Source of the DNA: Haliotis cracherodii
Lineage: Eukaryota
Length of the DNA: 64,000 nucleotides
Direction of reading: 5' to 3'
NCBI RefSeq assembly: GCF_022045235.1
Contig: NW_027266285.1
Coordinates: 4,092,001-4,156,000 of the forward strand
Shown here: positions 28,691 through 41,361 of the stretch, one piece after another
Numbering within the stretch: the stretch's first letter is position 1
Layout: each line of letters opens with the position of its first letter
Translations under genes and position numbers: made by a program
The notes under the pieces: generated by a model
What the model was told of the DNA's origin: nothing
The model's input: the letters and a program-made list of their open reading frames with translations, nothing else
The model's database searches: none

Positions 28691-29039
28691 TTACTCGTGA
28701 CACATATTCATACCAACATCTGCGATAGACGTTAGCTCAATTCGTTGTTCGGTTGTAGCGCATAGCTCTTTTGATATTTTATGTATATGTTGGTTGTTTC
28801 AGTTACGAAATTGAGCGTTCATTGAATGGGTTTTCGGGTGTTACAGATCTCCGCCTGCAGCCTCGCCGCATATAGTAGACGAATGACGACGCTGTGTGTA
28901 GATATGCATACGCAATACAGGACGGCATGACCGTGTACGCAGCAAAGATGATCAAATATACCTTTTAAATGTATTTCTTATGGCTACACACGTTATAAGA
29001 CCTGACCACATTTTCCACCGGAAGCGTCACCTACTTATG

Positions 29040-29400
29040 GTCTAAAGGTCTTATGTTGTGTAATATTTCTTTGTATTTCATCATAACTAATCCCAATAGT
29101 TATATTACTAGCAACTAAACCTTGGCATCCTGGCCGGGAAACTCGCTGTAACAAACTACGCAATTGTTCTTGCCTTACACTAAGGGGAAGTGACAAGAAC
29201 CAGTTCACCCTGAGGCCCAATGTACCACGCATTATACTGGGTAACAAATCGGTCAGAAGTTTCAATTTAGTTTCAAATATTGCCTTACGACCTTGTCTAT
29301 ACACATGTCTAGACCTCTCCACAGAATCAGGGAGTTGGAGTGACTAGACACACATCCAGTTGATCGCATGATTCATCGCCACCATAATACCAGCATTGAT
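29040..29400 (-). mobile_element. Possible 3' fragment of a LINE ORF2
   Basis: RKAIFETKLKLLTD followed by a degenerate C-PL-C-like stretch resembles the C-terminal region of invertebrate RTE-X/CR1-like ORF2. Recalled motif, weak. Confidence 0.25.
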
Positions 29401-29854
29401 TTATGAAACCTAATCGCCTGCTTCTATGATGAATGGCCGAGTACTATAACACCATACCCACTATTTGATTGTGGACATTTGACTAAGAGAACGTATACTC
29501 GATCCTTTTGGCATGTCTTCAAACAGATCCCGCCGACACTGCAAGGTGCTATATGCTTCTCGATGCGTCATCATTATGGGATTTGATGTGTTATGTTAAC
29601 TTCTGTTATCGTGGCAAACTAATGCCCCCTTTATATATGTTCCCTTATTTGTTTTCAGCAGCATATGTGGACGTACAGTGTAGTAACGTACATCCTCTTG
29701 GGTTCTCAACTGCTCTAGGTTTCTGTACTTACAGTATTTGGGGTTTCTTTAAATCAGAATAATTAATTTTTGGAGATCAATGAAACAATTATTAACAATT
29801 GAAGTTAGGATAGTTGCACTCCTTTTATTCACCTCATAACACCGCCAAACCAGA

Positions 29855-31372
29855 CGAAGAGACAACTGTGTAATGGCCGACTGTTTGGTTTAAGTGACAT
29901 CTTCATTGTGACGGAGAGACAACTTTGTGTGCGCCGACAGTTTGGTTTAAGTGGCACCTTCAATGTGACGGAGAGACAACTGTGTATTGGTCCACTGTTT
30001 GGTTTAAGTGGCACCTTCATTGTGACGGAGAGACAACTGTGTATTGGTCCACAGTTTGGTTTAAGTGGCACCTTCATTGTGACGGAGAGACAACTGTGTA
30101 TGGGCCGACAGTTTGGTTTAAGTGGCACATTCATTGTGACGGAGAGACAACTGTGTATGGCTGACTGTTTGGTTTAAGTGGCACCTTCATTGTGACGGAG
30201 AGACAACAGTGTATGCGCCGACAGTTTGGTTTAAGGGGCACCTTCATTGTGACGGAGAGACAACTTTGTATTGGTCCCACTGTTTGGTTTAAGTGGCACC
30301 TTCATTGTGACGTAGAGACAACTGTGTATTGGTCCACTGTTTGGTTTAAGTGGCACCTTCATTGTGACGGAGAGACAACTGTGTATTGGTCCACAGTTTG
30401 GTTTAAGTGGCACCTTCATTGTGACGGAGAGACAACTGTGTATGGGACGACAGTTTGGTTTAAGTGGCACATTCATTGTGACGGAGAGACAACTGTGTAT
30501 TGGTCCACTGTTTGGTTTAAGTGGCACCTTCATTGTGACGGAGAGACCACTGTGTATGGGCCGACTGTTTGGTTTAAGTGGCACCTTCATTGTGACGGAG
30601 AGACAACTGTGTGGAGGCCGACTGTTTGGTTTAAGTGGCACCTTCATTGTGACGGAGAGACAACTGTGTGGAGGCCGACTGTTTGGTTTAAGTGGCACCT
30701 TCATTGTGACGGAGAGACAACTTTGTGTGTGCCGACTGTTTGGTTTAAGTGGCACCTTCATTGTGACGGAGAGACAACTCTGTAATGGCCGACCGTTTGG
30801 TTTAAGTGGCACCTTCATTGTGACGTAGAGTCAACTGTGTATTGGTCCACTGTTAGGTTTAAGTGGCACCTTCATTGTGACGGAGAGACAACAGTGGATG
30901 CGCCGACTGTTTGGTTTAAGTGGCACCTTCATTGTGACGTAGAGTCAACTGTGTGGAGGCCGACTGTTTGGTTTAAGTGGCACCTTCATTGTGACGGAGA
31001 GACAACAGTGGATGCGCCGACTGTTTGGTTAAAGGGGCACCTTCATTGTGACGGAGAGACAACTGTGTATTGGTCCACTGTTTGGTTTAAGTGGCACCTT
31101 CATTGTGACGAGGTGACAACTGTGTATTGGTCCACTGTTTGGTTAAAGTGGCACCTTCATTGTGACGGAGAGACAACTTTGTATGGCTGACTGTTGGGTT
31201 TAAGTGGTCCCTTCATTGTGACGAAGAGACAACTGCGTATGGCCGATTGTTTGGTTTTAAGTGGCACCTTCATTGTGACGGAGAGGCAACTTTGTATGGA
31301 CCGACCGTTTGGTTTAAGTGGCACCTTCATTGTGACGGAGAGACAACTGTGTATGGGCCGACTGTTGGGTTT
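29855..31372. repeat. 57-bp minisatellite, about 26 copies
   Basis: Unit GAGACAACTGTGTATTGGTCCACTGTTTGGTTTAAGTGGCACCTTCATTGTGACGGA; period 57. Confidence 0.98.
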
Positions 31373-34065
31373 TATTAGCTATTAAACACAGCGGATCAAG
31401 GAATTACCAGGGTTTTAACTTTATACTGTGATATCGGTATATCATATCATTCGTAAATCAATTAAACAGGTAGATAGTGACCAAAATGTACCGAAATTCA
31501 CTTCGACGGAAAATCAGGATATGATTAAGTTAATGAGATAATGGTATTGCGCTGCGTCTGGCTACTGGTACTCTTTTGATGGTTTGTCCATGACTACATG
31601 ACAGCTACATCCTACATACTCTGAGGGCACAGCCTGAGTAGTCCTCATCAATACCACACGTCTACAAATGTCGTTATTGCAGCAGAAATAATGTATATAT
31701 ATCGTTATTATTCGTCTCCAGCTATTCACCAGAGATCTGTAGTAGCGATGACTAATTAATGATGACAAGAATGTAATTCTTTTGATCGATCACTTGGCAT
31801 TGTTACTTGGAATTCTCTGGGCTTAAAACAGACAAACTATGTGTATTTCAGCACAGGATTGTCGATATCAGTTCCAACAGGACAAGGTCCGCGTCAGTGG
31901 TGATGTGTAGTTCTCCATTCCCCAGCTAGACATATAGATGGAAATCTTAAGTGCTCCTCTCAGTAACGGCATTTTGACAGCCGGTTTGGGGCGTTAAGTC
32001 AATTACAATATTTTAAAAGGGGCGACCGAACCTTGAGGGGAAGTCTTTTGGCTTCAAAATGAAAATCTGCATCCAGTTCGTCACAAAGTCCATGGCTCAA
32101 GCATCAAATCGTTAACTGCCACAATCTTAACAAAATGGCTAAAAGTAATAGGATTGAGGCTAGTCGATACTGACCACAGAATTCGCCATCAAAACACTAA
32201 TCGTAACTATGCGTTAAGCTTGATAATGATACTGTGTTGAGTAGTATGTGTCTTCGAGGGATGTGAATATAAACTGACATCCAAATGACGATGACGATGA
32301 TCATAATTATTGCACCTCGGCACTTTAGTTGAACAACTGTCCTTTATTAAAAACAACATTTTCCCCGTAGAGGGTCTGAATAAAACCTAGTAGAATAAAA
32401 ATAATTCATTAGATGCATATACTCTTTTACTTTTACGCCTTGAAAAATAATGTTTTGCCGTCAGCTGCAACCAAGCGCACAGTGCCTTTGTGGTGGTTGC
32501 ATTTCAATGCTAATTGTGTTTTGGGTTATCGGTGTTAATCACATTGGGGGAGATATTATCGAAAAATCTCATTTCTGACTTATACGGGAGTCCTATATTA
32601 ATAAGAACGAGATGATGCACCGTTACCGCCGAGCCCAGCTTGGACCGTGAACTCGTCACCAGAGGGCACTCTTCTAATGAAGCTCCTTTCACGGCCATCC
32701 CAGTAGACGTACTGATATTATTTGTGGCGCCGTCTTGGGACTGACGAGGAATATCGAGAAACAAATACAACACCTCCACATAAAGGATAGCCAAGTTGAC
32801 AGAAGAGCGATAGATATGAATTTGAATTATCTTACTTTTGTGGCATACGATAGAATGAGAGGCTAGGCGGGAGTAAGGGTTTATTAGTGTTCAGGTGTAA
32901 TGACAAAACAGTATGGTGCGCCATCACAATTGTGTGGACCCTTATGTCAAGATAAATGAAATAAGTTTATATAATATATCGCTTCTTAGATGTGAGTTAT
33001 ACATTAGCAAGAGGGTCTTCATTCCCGCAGTAATTGATTTATAGATCAGAATGTCCATAAACATGTTTACAATCAACAGAAAGGTGGTGAGAACATATTG
33101 TTCAGATAGAAAGCTTGCAATCGTGTTTTTTTCATTACGAAAACCGTATATGTATTGCTGGTCGGTCTTAATTTTTATGATTAAAGTAGTTTGATAAATA
33201 AATGTAAAATACAACACATACCTAGTTGTGAGTTAATGTTTCTGTGTTACCCAGGTGAAGTCACGTACCGACAAATGTCAACTGTTCTACAATATATCTT
33301 CCAGGGTAAATACATGAGTTGCACATCAACGTTGTGTCACCATTGTTCCACCCATACAGCTCATGAATAGTTACGGAAGTAACTTACAGCACTATTTCAT
33401 CGATCATTACATCAAAGGTATATGTAAAAGCAATTTATCAAATTTGTCTCAGCATAGTAATAACATATCTTCGATATAACTGTCGTTACGTCACTCAAAA
33501 CAATTGCTGTACACTTTGAAAATTATCTTTTTCAGCTCTTAGACAAATGTCTGTGTACAAACACACAGACAGTGGGTACAGACCAACATGAAACGTTCCT
33601 TCTAAACAGCTACAGAAATGAAAGCAATATGACCATAGGAATTAAGAATTAGTTCCATATTTTAGCGCATGTTAGTTACGCGAAGTTTGTAAAGTGACAC
33701 ATATTCCATTCAGAGCAAAGGCATTTGATGACGTTACACACGTCAGATCATGTGATGAGATGTATGTTATGATGCTGTTGCTGTTGCCGCTGGCAGTAGA
33801 AACAGGATACATCACACTCGCAACGTATATGTGATAAGTGTCCAACTTTCAGGCCTAGAATAGCTCTAAAATTACCGCAGCAGCATTAGGAATATCTATA
33901 CAAGTCTTTGTGCTGCCGGTATTTGTAAAATGTCTTCAATCAAAGTTAACATTGATTTCTCCCAACAAAAATAGTCGAGATATCGTTAAAGCTGTGAAAG
34001 CAACAGCTTACTGTTTTGTATGTTTGATACCATATAATATAGATGGAATATTGCTATAACAGAGT

Positions 34066-34940
34066 AAACTTCATTCGCTCCCTCGAACCCACGATGAGCA
34101 GATCCTGGCATGGGTAAAGTACGTACACTCGTTTTGTAGCAAGGAACATCCAGAAGGACCTTAGCATGTGGCGAGGGGTCTGTCATGATATGGGGTTGTG
34201 TTTCCTTCGGCTGCAAACTTCCGCTGGTGACAATTCGTGGAAACCTGAATGGCCAACAATACCAAGATGCCGTTCTTCGTCCAGTGGTAGTCCCTCATTT
34301 TGACAACCATCCTCTTCAGACAAGACCTGTTTACATGGACGACAATGCTAGACCACACAGATCTCGGGGAGTTTGGGCTTATTTGCGTCAAGAAGCTATT
34401 CACTCTTCCTTGGCCGGCCTGAAATCCGGATCTTAATCCGATTGAGCATCTCTGGGACATTCTTAGCCGAAAAATCAGACATCGTGATCCCCCTGTTCAA
34501 GATCTCGCTGGACTTGAAGCCGTATTTCATGAAGAATGGATCCGTTTGCCTCAGAGAAGCAGACAACGAATTGTAATGAGTATGAGGCGTAGGGTTGAAG
34601 CTGTGGTCAATGCCCGTGGATCATACGCACGTTACTGACGTTTCTGTCTTGCAATAGACTCTATGTGACACCTGACATGGTCTGCTGATATCATGACAGT
34701 TACATGACAAAAAACGTTTTTCAATGTTTTCTAATCCTTCAATTTCTGGTCTTCGGTAAAATTCCTTTCCGCTCATATTCTTTTGGAACACAAGATAAAC
34801 TTGCTTTGGGACAACTTTTGCATCACATGAGGTTTACATATACGGCTTATAACAATCGTACATCTCGTTATAATAGTCATCATTAAGTGCCAAAAGTAAC
34901 AGCTCACGAATATGGTGGGTGGCGCTTGTGTGCATGTATA
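34066..34940 (+). mobile_element. Tc1-family transposon, 3' part (DDE domain pseudogene)
   Basis: GSVMIWGC..GNLNGQQY..YMDDNARPHRS..(frameshift)WPA*NPDLNPIEHLWDIL..MSMRRRVEAVVNARGSYARY* ending at about 34637. Confidence 0.93.
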
Positions 34941-37457
34941 TATATATCGTGATATACCAGTTTATGTACAATGATTTTATAGCAAACATTCATATGATAT
35001 TTCAGTAACAAGACCTAATAATGCAGTAAGATATATGCTGGTATAATAAATCGTTGTTGCGTAATTCAGTCCGCCAGAACCCGAGATTCAATGTTGCACT
35101 GATTGAATGATGTCATAATATCAAAACGTCAAACTTAGAGAAACATAAGTGTCGATTATCTCCGAGACAGATTTCATTGGGCGTAAAAGGCAAAACCGTG
35201 ATGAAAATTATTTGGATAGGTCACTTAAATTCAGTGATGACACAAGGTGTTGCGAAGAGGTTAAGCATTTCATTTCTAAGAATGCAATATTTTGGACACA
35301 CAGATAGATAATGAATTATATATTCTGCAAGGAAGAATCTTTATATCGAATCCGAATTTCTTCCCTAATGTAAATGTACATGGGATGTTACCTTACTGTG
35401 ATTCCATCCAGCGAATAATAATGTCTTGATTTATAAGGGTTAGCATCTGACACGCCATCGATAACGATGTTACAAAACGTATACAATAGTGCGCGAAACA
35501 TTTTCAGCTTCTCTTTCGACAGTTGACAGTGTTCCTGTATTCGGTTAACGCAATACGAGTTGTACACACATAATACGTTTTAAATGACAAATCGCCACAC
35601 GCCATTGAAGCAGATATAAGACGAGACTAATCCGTCACATGTTGCTATCTGGAGACCTTCATTTAGCGTGGCAACAGAGATGTCATGGCAGTGCATGGGG
35701 GTAGAGCCTCGAGGCTACCTCGTACATTACGAACTGATTAGTTCAAACTGTACACATACCCACATGCTGCTGAGTGACGGTTCTATCATCACAAAGGAGT
35801 GAGTGAGCTTAGGTGATGCTTACTAAGCCATGGCAGTTACATCACGGAGTTACAGCTCAAATAATTACAGGTTAGGTGAAACCAGTGCGTGTTTGCTTCT
35901 GACAAATCAAAGGTCATAATGATGGCTAATTTGGTTCTTGGGTCCCAAAGTCAGATGATCCAGCTCACGCACCCTTCACAAAGGATGAAGATGTAGGTAT
36001 GGGTGTGACACCAGAACGCCAGCTATCACTGGGAGTAGGCCCTGTGGTCGTGCTGTACTCAATAGGCAGGTATGGAGAGGGTACAGCCCTTGTCAGCAGA
36101 CTGTCTGTCTGTCTACATTGTCTCTCTCAAGCATACATTTCTCCCATCTCTGGACACACCTGTCACACCTTGAGCATACGTATCGATGTACAATTCCCGT
36201 TCTGCCTTCAGCCTGACCAGATTTATTTCATTGTATCTGCATTGAATATGACTCATTACGGTTAAAATAAACATCTTTAAAAGTGTCTAACCTCTTACGT
36301 GAAAACATCCATTTTGTAACAGTTTAAGTGTCCGTGCATTAAAATGTTTCTCATGCAAACATGTTAACACTTGCAGAAAATCCCTCTTTTTTAAACAGAT
36401 TCCAGCCAAACTATTTTTTCAAGAAGTTTCAAGGACAATTTCTTGTCCCTACCATATCAAATGTTCAGCTTATCAAGGAAAACTTTGAAATGTTGTTGAC
36501 AGCTGGCCTGTCTCAGACATGATTTAGTACAGTACTATGGCTAATTTGAGAAAAAAACACAGTATTATTTGTGTCTTATTCCAGTTTATGTGTTTGTAAC
36601 GATGCATTATAAACATGAGCTAGATTATTCAACAATGGCACACAAGTCGTAGTTGGTTAACTAGAAAACCTGATTAGTAGAGATTTCCCCCCGGTCTCAT
36701 TTTCTACTTAACCGGTCTGCAACCCAAGATTTGTTTTGCACTGTCTTACCTGCAGATTGAGCCTAAGACTTACTCAGGTTCAGGTTTTCTACAACGATTC
36801 CTAAAATGTTAACTCTTCAACTGGGCGTTTTTGTCTAAAATTTAGAATTGTTGAAACAAACCACGGCTAGATGTCATCCATTTGAAGACATGTAATAACT
36901 TTCATGATGGGTTTCTAAAAGTTTTGCTCATTTCTTAAATTATACAGATCGTGCGGACCATAGTTGGCTTATTGTTTCTATATCAATCCATTTATATTAT
37001 TTGGGTGAACATGAACCCATGAATTAAAGTCATCCTCGCCCATTAATAGATTTACTATAAACACCTATACTGTATAACACATTTCCCTTCACAATTAATA
37101 CGACAGAGGATTAATGGCAACCCAATGACAGCGTCCTATTTGTTGCCCTTTTAAACCATCTAATAATGAAAAGCACATTTCAAAGAGACTTTTCTAATTC
37201 AATACACATGCTTGGACCTACCCACTGTAGGTCTCAGGGGATGTCTCAAAATGTCCGATTTGGGAACATTTTTAGCATACCCCAGATACATGTATTAAAC
37301 AATCTGGTCATTCATACACTGAAGTATCTTTATTCAACCATATGAAAAATCAGAAGGAATGGGTGTATAGTCAGAAAGAAATGCGAACATTAGTGACTTT
37401 AGCGTAACCATAGAGTTCAAGATAATTTTTGTCATTAAACAATATATCACGTGACTG

Positions 37458-37545
37458 ACCACGGGTCCGGGTAGTCCTGTGGGTACCCGGGCCCTAAGCA
37501 GTACCCACCCGACCCGGGTACCCGAGTTACCCGTCCCAGCCCTAG
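37458..37545 (-). mobile_element. Single end of a hAT-like MITE
   Basis: The minus strand begins TAGGGCTGGGACGGGTAACTCGGGTACCCGGG with repeated GGGTACCC motifs. No partner end was found. Confidence 0.4.
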
Positions 37546-38200
37546 GCGCTTCGTCGAGAAATAGCAGCAGTCTACACAGCAACATGCCGTCATGCGCTCA
37601 ACCACTACTGGACAGCGGACACATGACCTCACTGTTCCCCTCCGCAACAACCATGTAACTAAATAAGAAAATGCATGCCCCTTGAATGTGAGGTACACTG
37701 GGCGCGATTGAAGAGGAACCCACATCTGGTAGTAGCGCAACAGGAGGCTGGTGGGATTGGGCTGTCAGGCATATGAGTCCGGCTCCAGGCATATGGACAT
37801 ACAGCATTGGGGTTGTTCCTTGACTGTATCGAACATGCACACACTACACGTACATATGTGATTCACGCATGTTCAACAGCTGGGTGTTGGAATAACCTTG
37901 TTGGTTTAATTCAATCAACTCCTTCCCCAGCATCATTCTGCCCCTCCCTCATCATTATGTCGGAAACTGACACGTGGCTCTTGTCAGCGCGGGCAGCTGA
38001 TCATGCTTATAAGATATGTGGGACTGTCACTCAAACGCTATATTACACTATCGGAAGGAACTGTCCCCGGGAACAGATGAGCACTGTCACCGCGGAGTGT
38101 CACAGATCGACTGGCAGTACATCGACCACTACATTAAGTTTGCTGCCCTCGTGTAAATAGATGCACTATATCTGTCCTGGCCACGCGACCTACGGATGGA
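37546..38200 (-). mobile_element. Decayed tyrosine recombinase of a DIRS/Ngaro-type retrotransposon
   Basis: In order, with frameshifts: SIRRSRGQ, SSFR*CNI, AVCPYAWSRTHMPDSPIP, FKGHAFS..VTWLLRRG. This matches the recalled DIRS YR order GIRR, FFRKSN, LCPV, SGHSFRRGGAT. Confidence 0.5.
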
Positions 38201-38765
38201 GGAGAAAATAACTTCCTGATAGATGTACAGGTTTGTCTATCTCAGGATGTGAATAAAGTTTAATTCACCTGGGGCTCAGATGTGCTTAACATATGATCGC
38301 AAAAATCTATACACCACTTCTTCATACACGTACTCCGGATAACATATCGATATTACCTAAAGGTGCAAGAATGTGACGGAGAATATATTCAGAAATTCAG
38401 TAGTTACTTAACGCTAATAATTAATTATATCCCATTGTTGAGCGGTTTGATTGTTTCCGACGAGGATGAGTAACGTGACGTCATATCTGTGGATTGTCAC
38501 GAATATCTTAAAAATGACATCATTTGTGTGACAATGGGTTAGCAGTTATGCAGAACTGTTTTGATAGCATTTATGAAATGGTACTATGATTTGTTCTGAA
38601 AAATCTCTTTTAGGATGTCAGCATATTTCCCAAGGAAGTTTTAGGGCGTGTGTGGTGGTTTATTTTCTATTTGACATCGAACTTTTGAAATTATATCTCC
38701 GACGATTTTTAATGAAGCAATGCACTTTACTGTGGTTGAAATTAAAGATAACGTTTTCGCAACTT

Positions 38766-39645
38766 TCATGCAAAGGCAAGTCATTTGTTCACCTGAAAAA
38801 ACACCTCGGGAACTTGTGGTACAAGTCAAAATATTGAATTTCATCCGACATAATCGTTGTCACTGACACGTCAAATTTGGAAATGTCTTTCACATGTCTA
38901 TCATAAAACATTTGGAAAGCTTTACTGAGGTATAGAATGTTGTAACCTTGATAAAAAAAACTGAGCAAGAATTGTATGACGCGCATGCTCGATCGTGCCT
39001 CAAAAGGTTGTGAAATGTTGACACAGAGGGCCTGATCTGCAGGAATATTGCTCGACAGAAAGCAAAGGTTGACTATTGGAAAGTTGAAGTCATCCCGCTT
39101 GTCATACTGTCTTGTGGAGAGTGTTTTGTCACTCTGAGTCTTTTGCAAAGATCTTAATATGAGTCACTGATCTCCTTTATTTCTAGTTCAGGTGGGTAAA
39201 TCAGTGGAATGGAATTGGCTGTTTGATGGGTCTTGAACGACATCAGATTATCGATATACTTTAAGCCTAAGTTAAACGTCTTGACCTAATTACCTTATTT
39301 TGACTTTACCAATCCTAGCAGCAATTCGGATTCATATGCGTCAAGAAGCAGATCAGCAAGAAGGGAAGCGTAAATGGTGTCCATGGGGGTGCTTACTTCT
39401 TGCCTAGATGTCTTACCCCAAATATTTCTTAGATGTTATCAATGAGGGAGTCCAGCATTTCACGTATTGTTTCCTATGTACTCTATGTAGTTGAGAGAAA
39501 TCAAACGACATCATCAAGGTTTGCTCATGGATGAGTCGTAAAACCCACAGTCGAAAGTTAACTTGATGTTGCTTTGAAACAGACTCTATCAAATTATACA
39601 AAGACCGTATGTTCCTGAAGTTTAAATTTTGCAAACAAATCAATT
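38766..39645 (-). mobile_element. Penelope-like retroelement RT fragment plus 3' UTR
   Basis: QEVSTPMDTIYASLLADLLLDAYES, FNLGLKYIDNL, STRQYDKRDDFNFPIVNLCFLSSNIP, KAFQMFYDRH; stops and frameshifts. Confidence 0.88.
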
Positions 39646-39669
39646 GATGCCTTAAATTTAAGTAAGACT

Positions 39670-40965
39670 CCTAATACCATCCTACATCATACCATGCCAC
39701 CAACCTGTAGACAATACAATCACAGGTGATTTCTCTATTGTTGATCATAGCAACACTCGTCAGTCATACAAATATGGACCAAAATACATTGAGTAGCCTC
39801 CTACTAATTGGGATCACTGCTATAACATCATTATGGATGCTGTCGAGGCATATGCAAAAACACTGGCATAAATCCGTTGAATGTCTTTCAGAGTGGGTTA
39901 ATTTAGTGCGTGATGTTGTCATTGGTAGAATGCATACACTTGAAAAGAAAAGAGGAAATAGAATTGGGCTAAACCATTCTGTCCAGGCCAGCTGTCATGC
40001 AAAGTATGCCTGTCCTATGTGATACTTTGTTGTTGTTCCCACTAGCAAGGCCTCAGATAACATAACCATACACAACCACTGCCTCAAAGATTAACCATTA
40101 TCCTCAAAACAACCAAGGAGGGACTTTCTTTATATTCACAGAACGTATTTAACACAAGTGGAATTAATGCCATGTTGATTCTCAAAAACTGACTGGCAAA
40201 ATCAAAACAAGAAAATCTGGCCAAGGATTTTAACTTCAACTTAAGGTGGATCGATGATCTGATATCATTCAATAACGGACAAATAGTCAGTTCCCTTCCT
40301 ATGATTAACCCTGAACTGGAAATTAAAGAGACCAGTGAGGCCGCCTCATCACATGAGAGCTATGCATAAAGGCTAAAAAACTCTCCACAAGGTTGTATGA
40401 CAAGAATATGACTTCAACTTCCCAGTAGTCTACTTTCCCGTTATGTCGAGCAAGATTCCATCAGCTCCAGCCTTTGGGGTCTACATTTCTGACATTTTGG
40501 GGTTCAATCTAGCATGCTCTTTCTACGAAGGTTTGAAAGAGCGTCACGCTACTCCTTCTCAAAAGGTGTTTGATCAAGATTACAACATTCAAAGCCCCAG
40601 CAAAGCTTTCAAAATGTTCCTGTTAGACATATGGAGGACACATCCAAATTCAGTGACAGAAATATATAATTCCCTATTTTGATTTGTACCATATTTTCCA
40701 TGTCTTTTTACAGGTGAGTGGTTGAGTGTGATTTTATGCGATTATGGTTTTATAGCAATATTCCAGCAATATCACGAGGATATGACCTTTACACACTGCA
40801 CCCATGTGGGGAATCGAAACCGGGCCTTCGGCGTCACGAGCGAACGCTTTAACTACTAGGCTACCACACTACCCCTTTTTTCCAGGAAAACAACTGACTT
40901 GCCTTTGCATGTGTTTGTGACGAGTGCCACCGGTGAGGCAGGATACCCTCACCGTTTCACTAACA
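39670..40965 (+). mobile_element. Penelope-like retroelement fragment, internally deleted, with a SINE in its 3' UTR
   Basis: TGDFSIVD, KYGPKYIE, LSEWVNLVR, FVVVPTSKASDNI, GIN.MLILKN, then a deletion, FNFNLRWIDDLI, PELEIKETSE, SSKIPSAPAFGVYIS. The 3' UTR (TGACTTGCCTTTGCATG) is shared with the minus copy. Confidence 0.88.
40714..40876 (-). mobile_element. Family A SINE
   Basis: Diverged reverse complement of 7111-7272; TTTTT(A/C)CAGG TSD-like flanks. Confidence 0.88.
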
Positions 40966-41361
40966 CTTAGTATAATCATTATTGATAGGGATTCATTAAC
41001 ACATGCTTATGATGTCGTCGGAATCTTACAATGGACTTTGCTTTTAGTGGAGATTCCTTATGATTGTGAAAAGTCAGTATTTATTTATTTCGTGTGCTCT
41101 TTCATGAATGGAGGCAGGCTATGCTCAGAACCCTGCTTATAGTGTTGGTGACATGTTCACACGGATGCAGACCTAGCTCATGCAGAAAATGAACGCAAGG
41201 TGAAAGATTTGTTGAACAAAAACTTATTCCTTTTATGTCGTTTTCCATTCTCGGTTTCCCATCCATCCTTTCTTGTACTTGTTACTGTAAACGAATTATT
41301 GTAAATATTGTCATAACCATTACCTATCCCTTTCACTTTAAATGAATGAAATATGTGATCC

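Noticed and set aside
29855-31372. CRISPR-like repeat/spacer appearance
   Set aside because: The variable parts are short, related to each other and recurrent. There are no cas genes and the context is eukaryotic.
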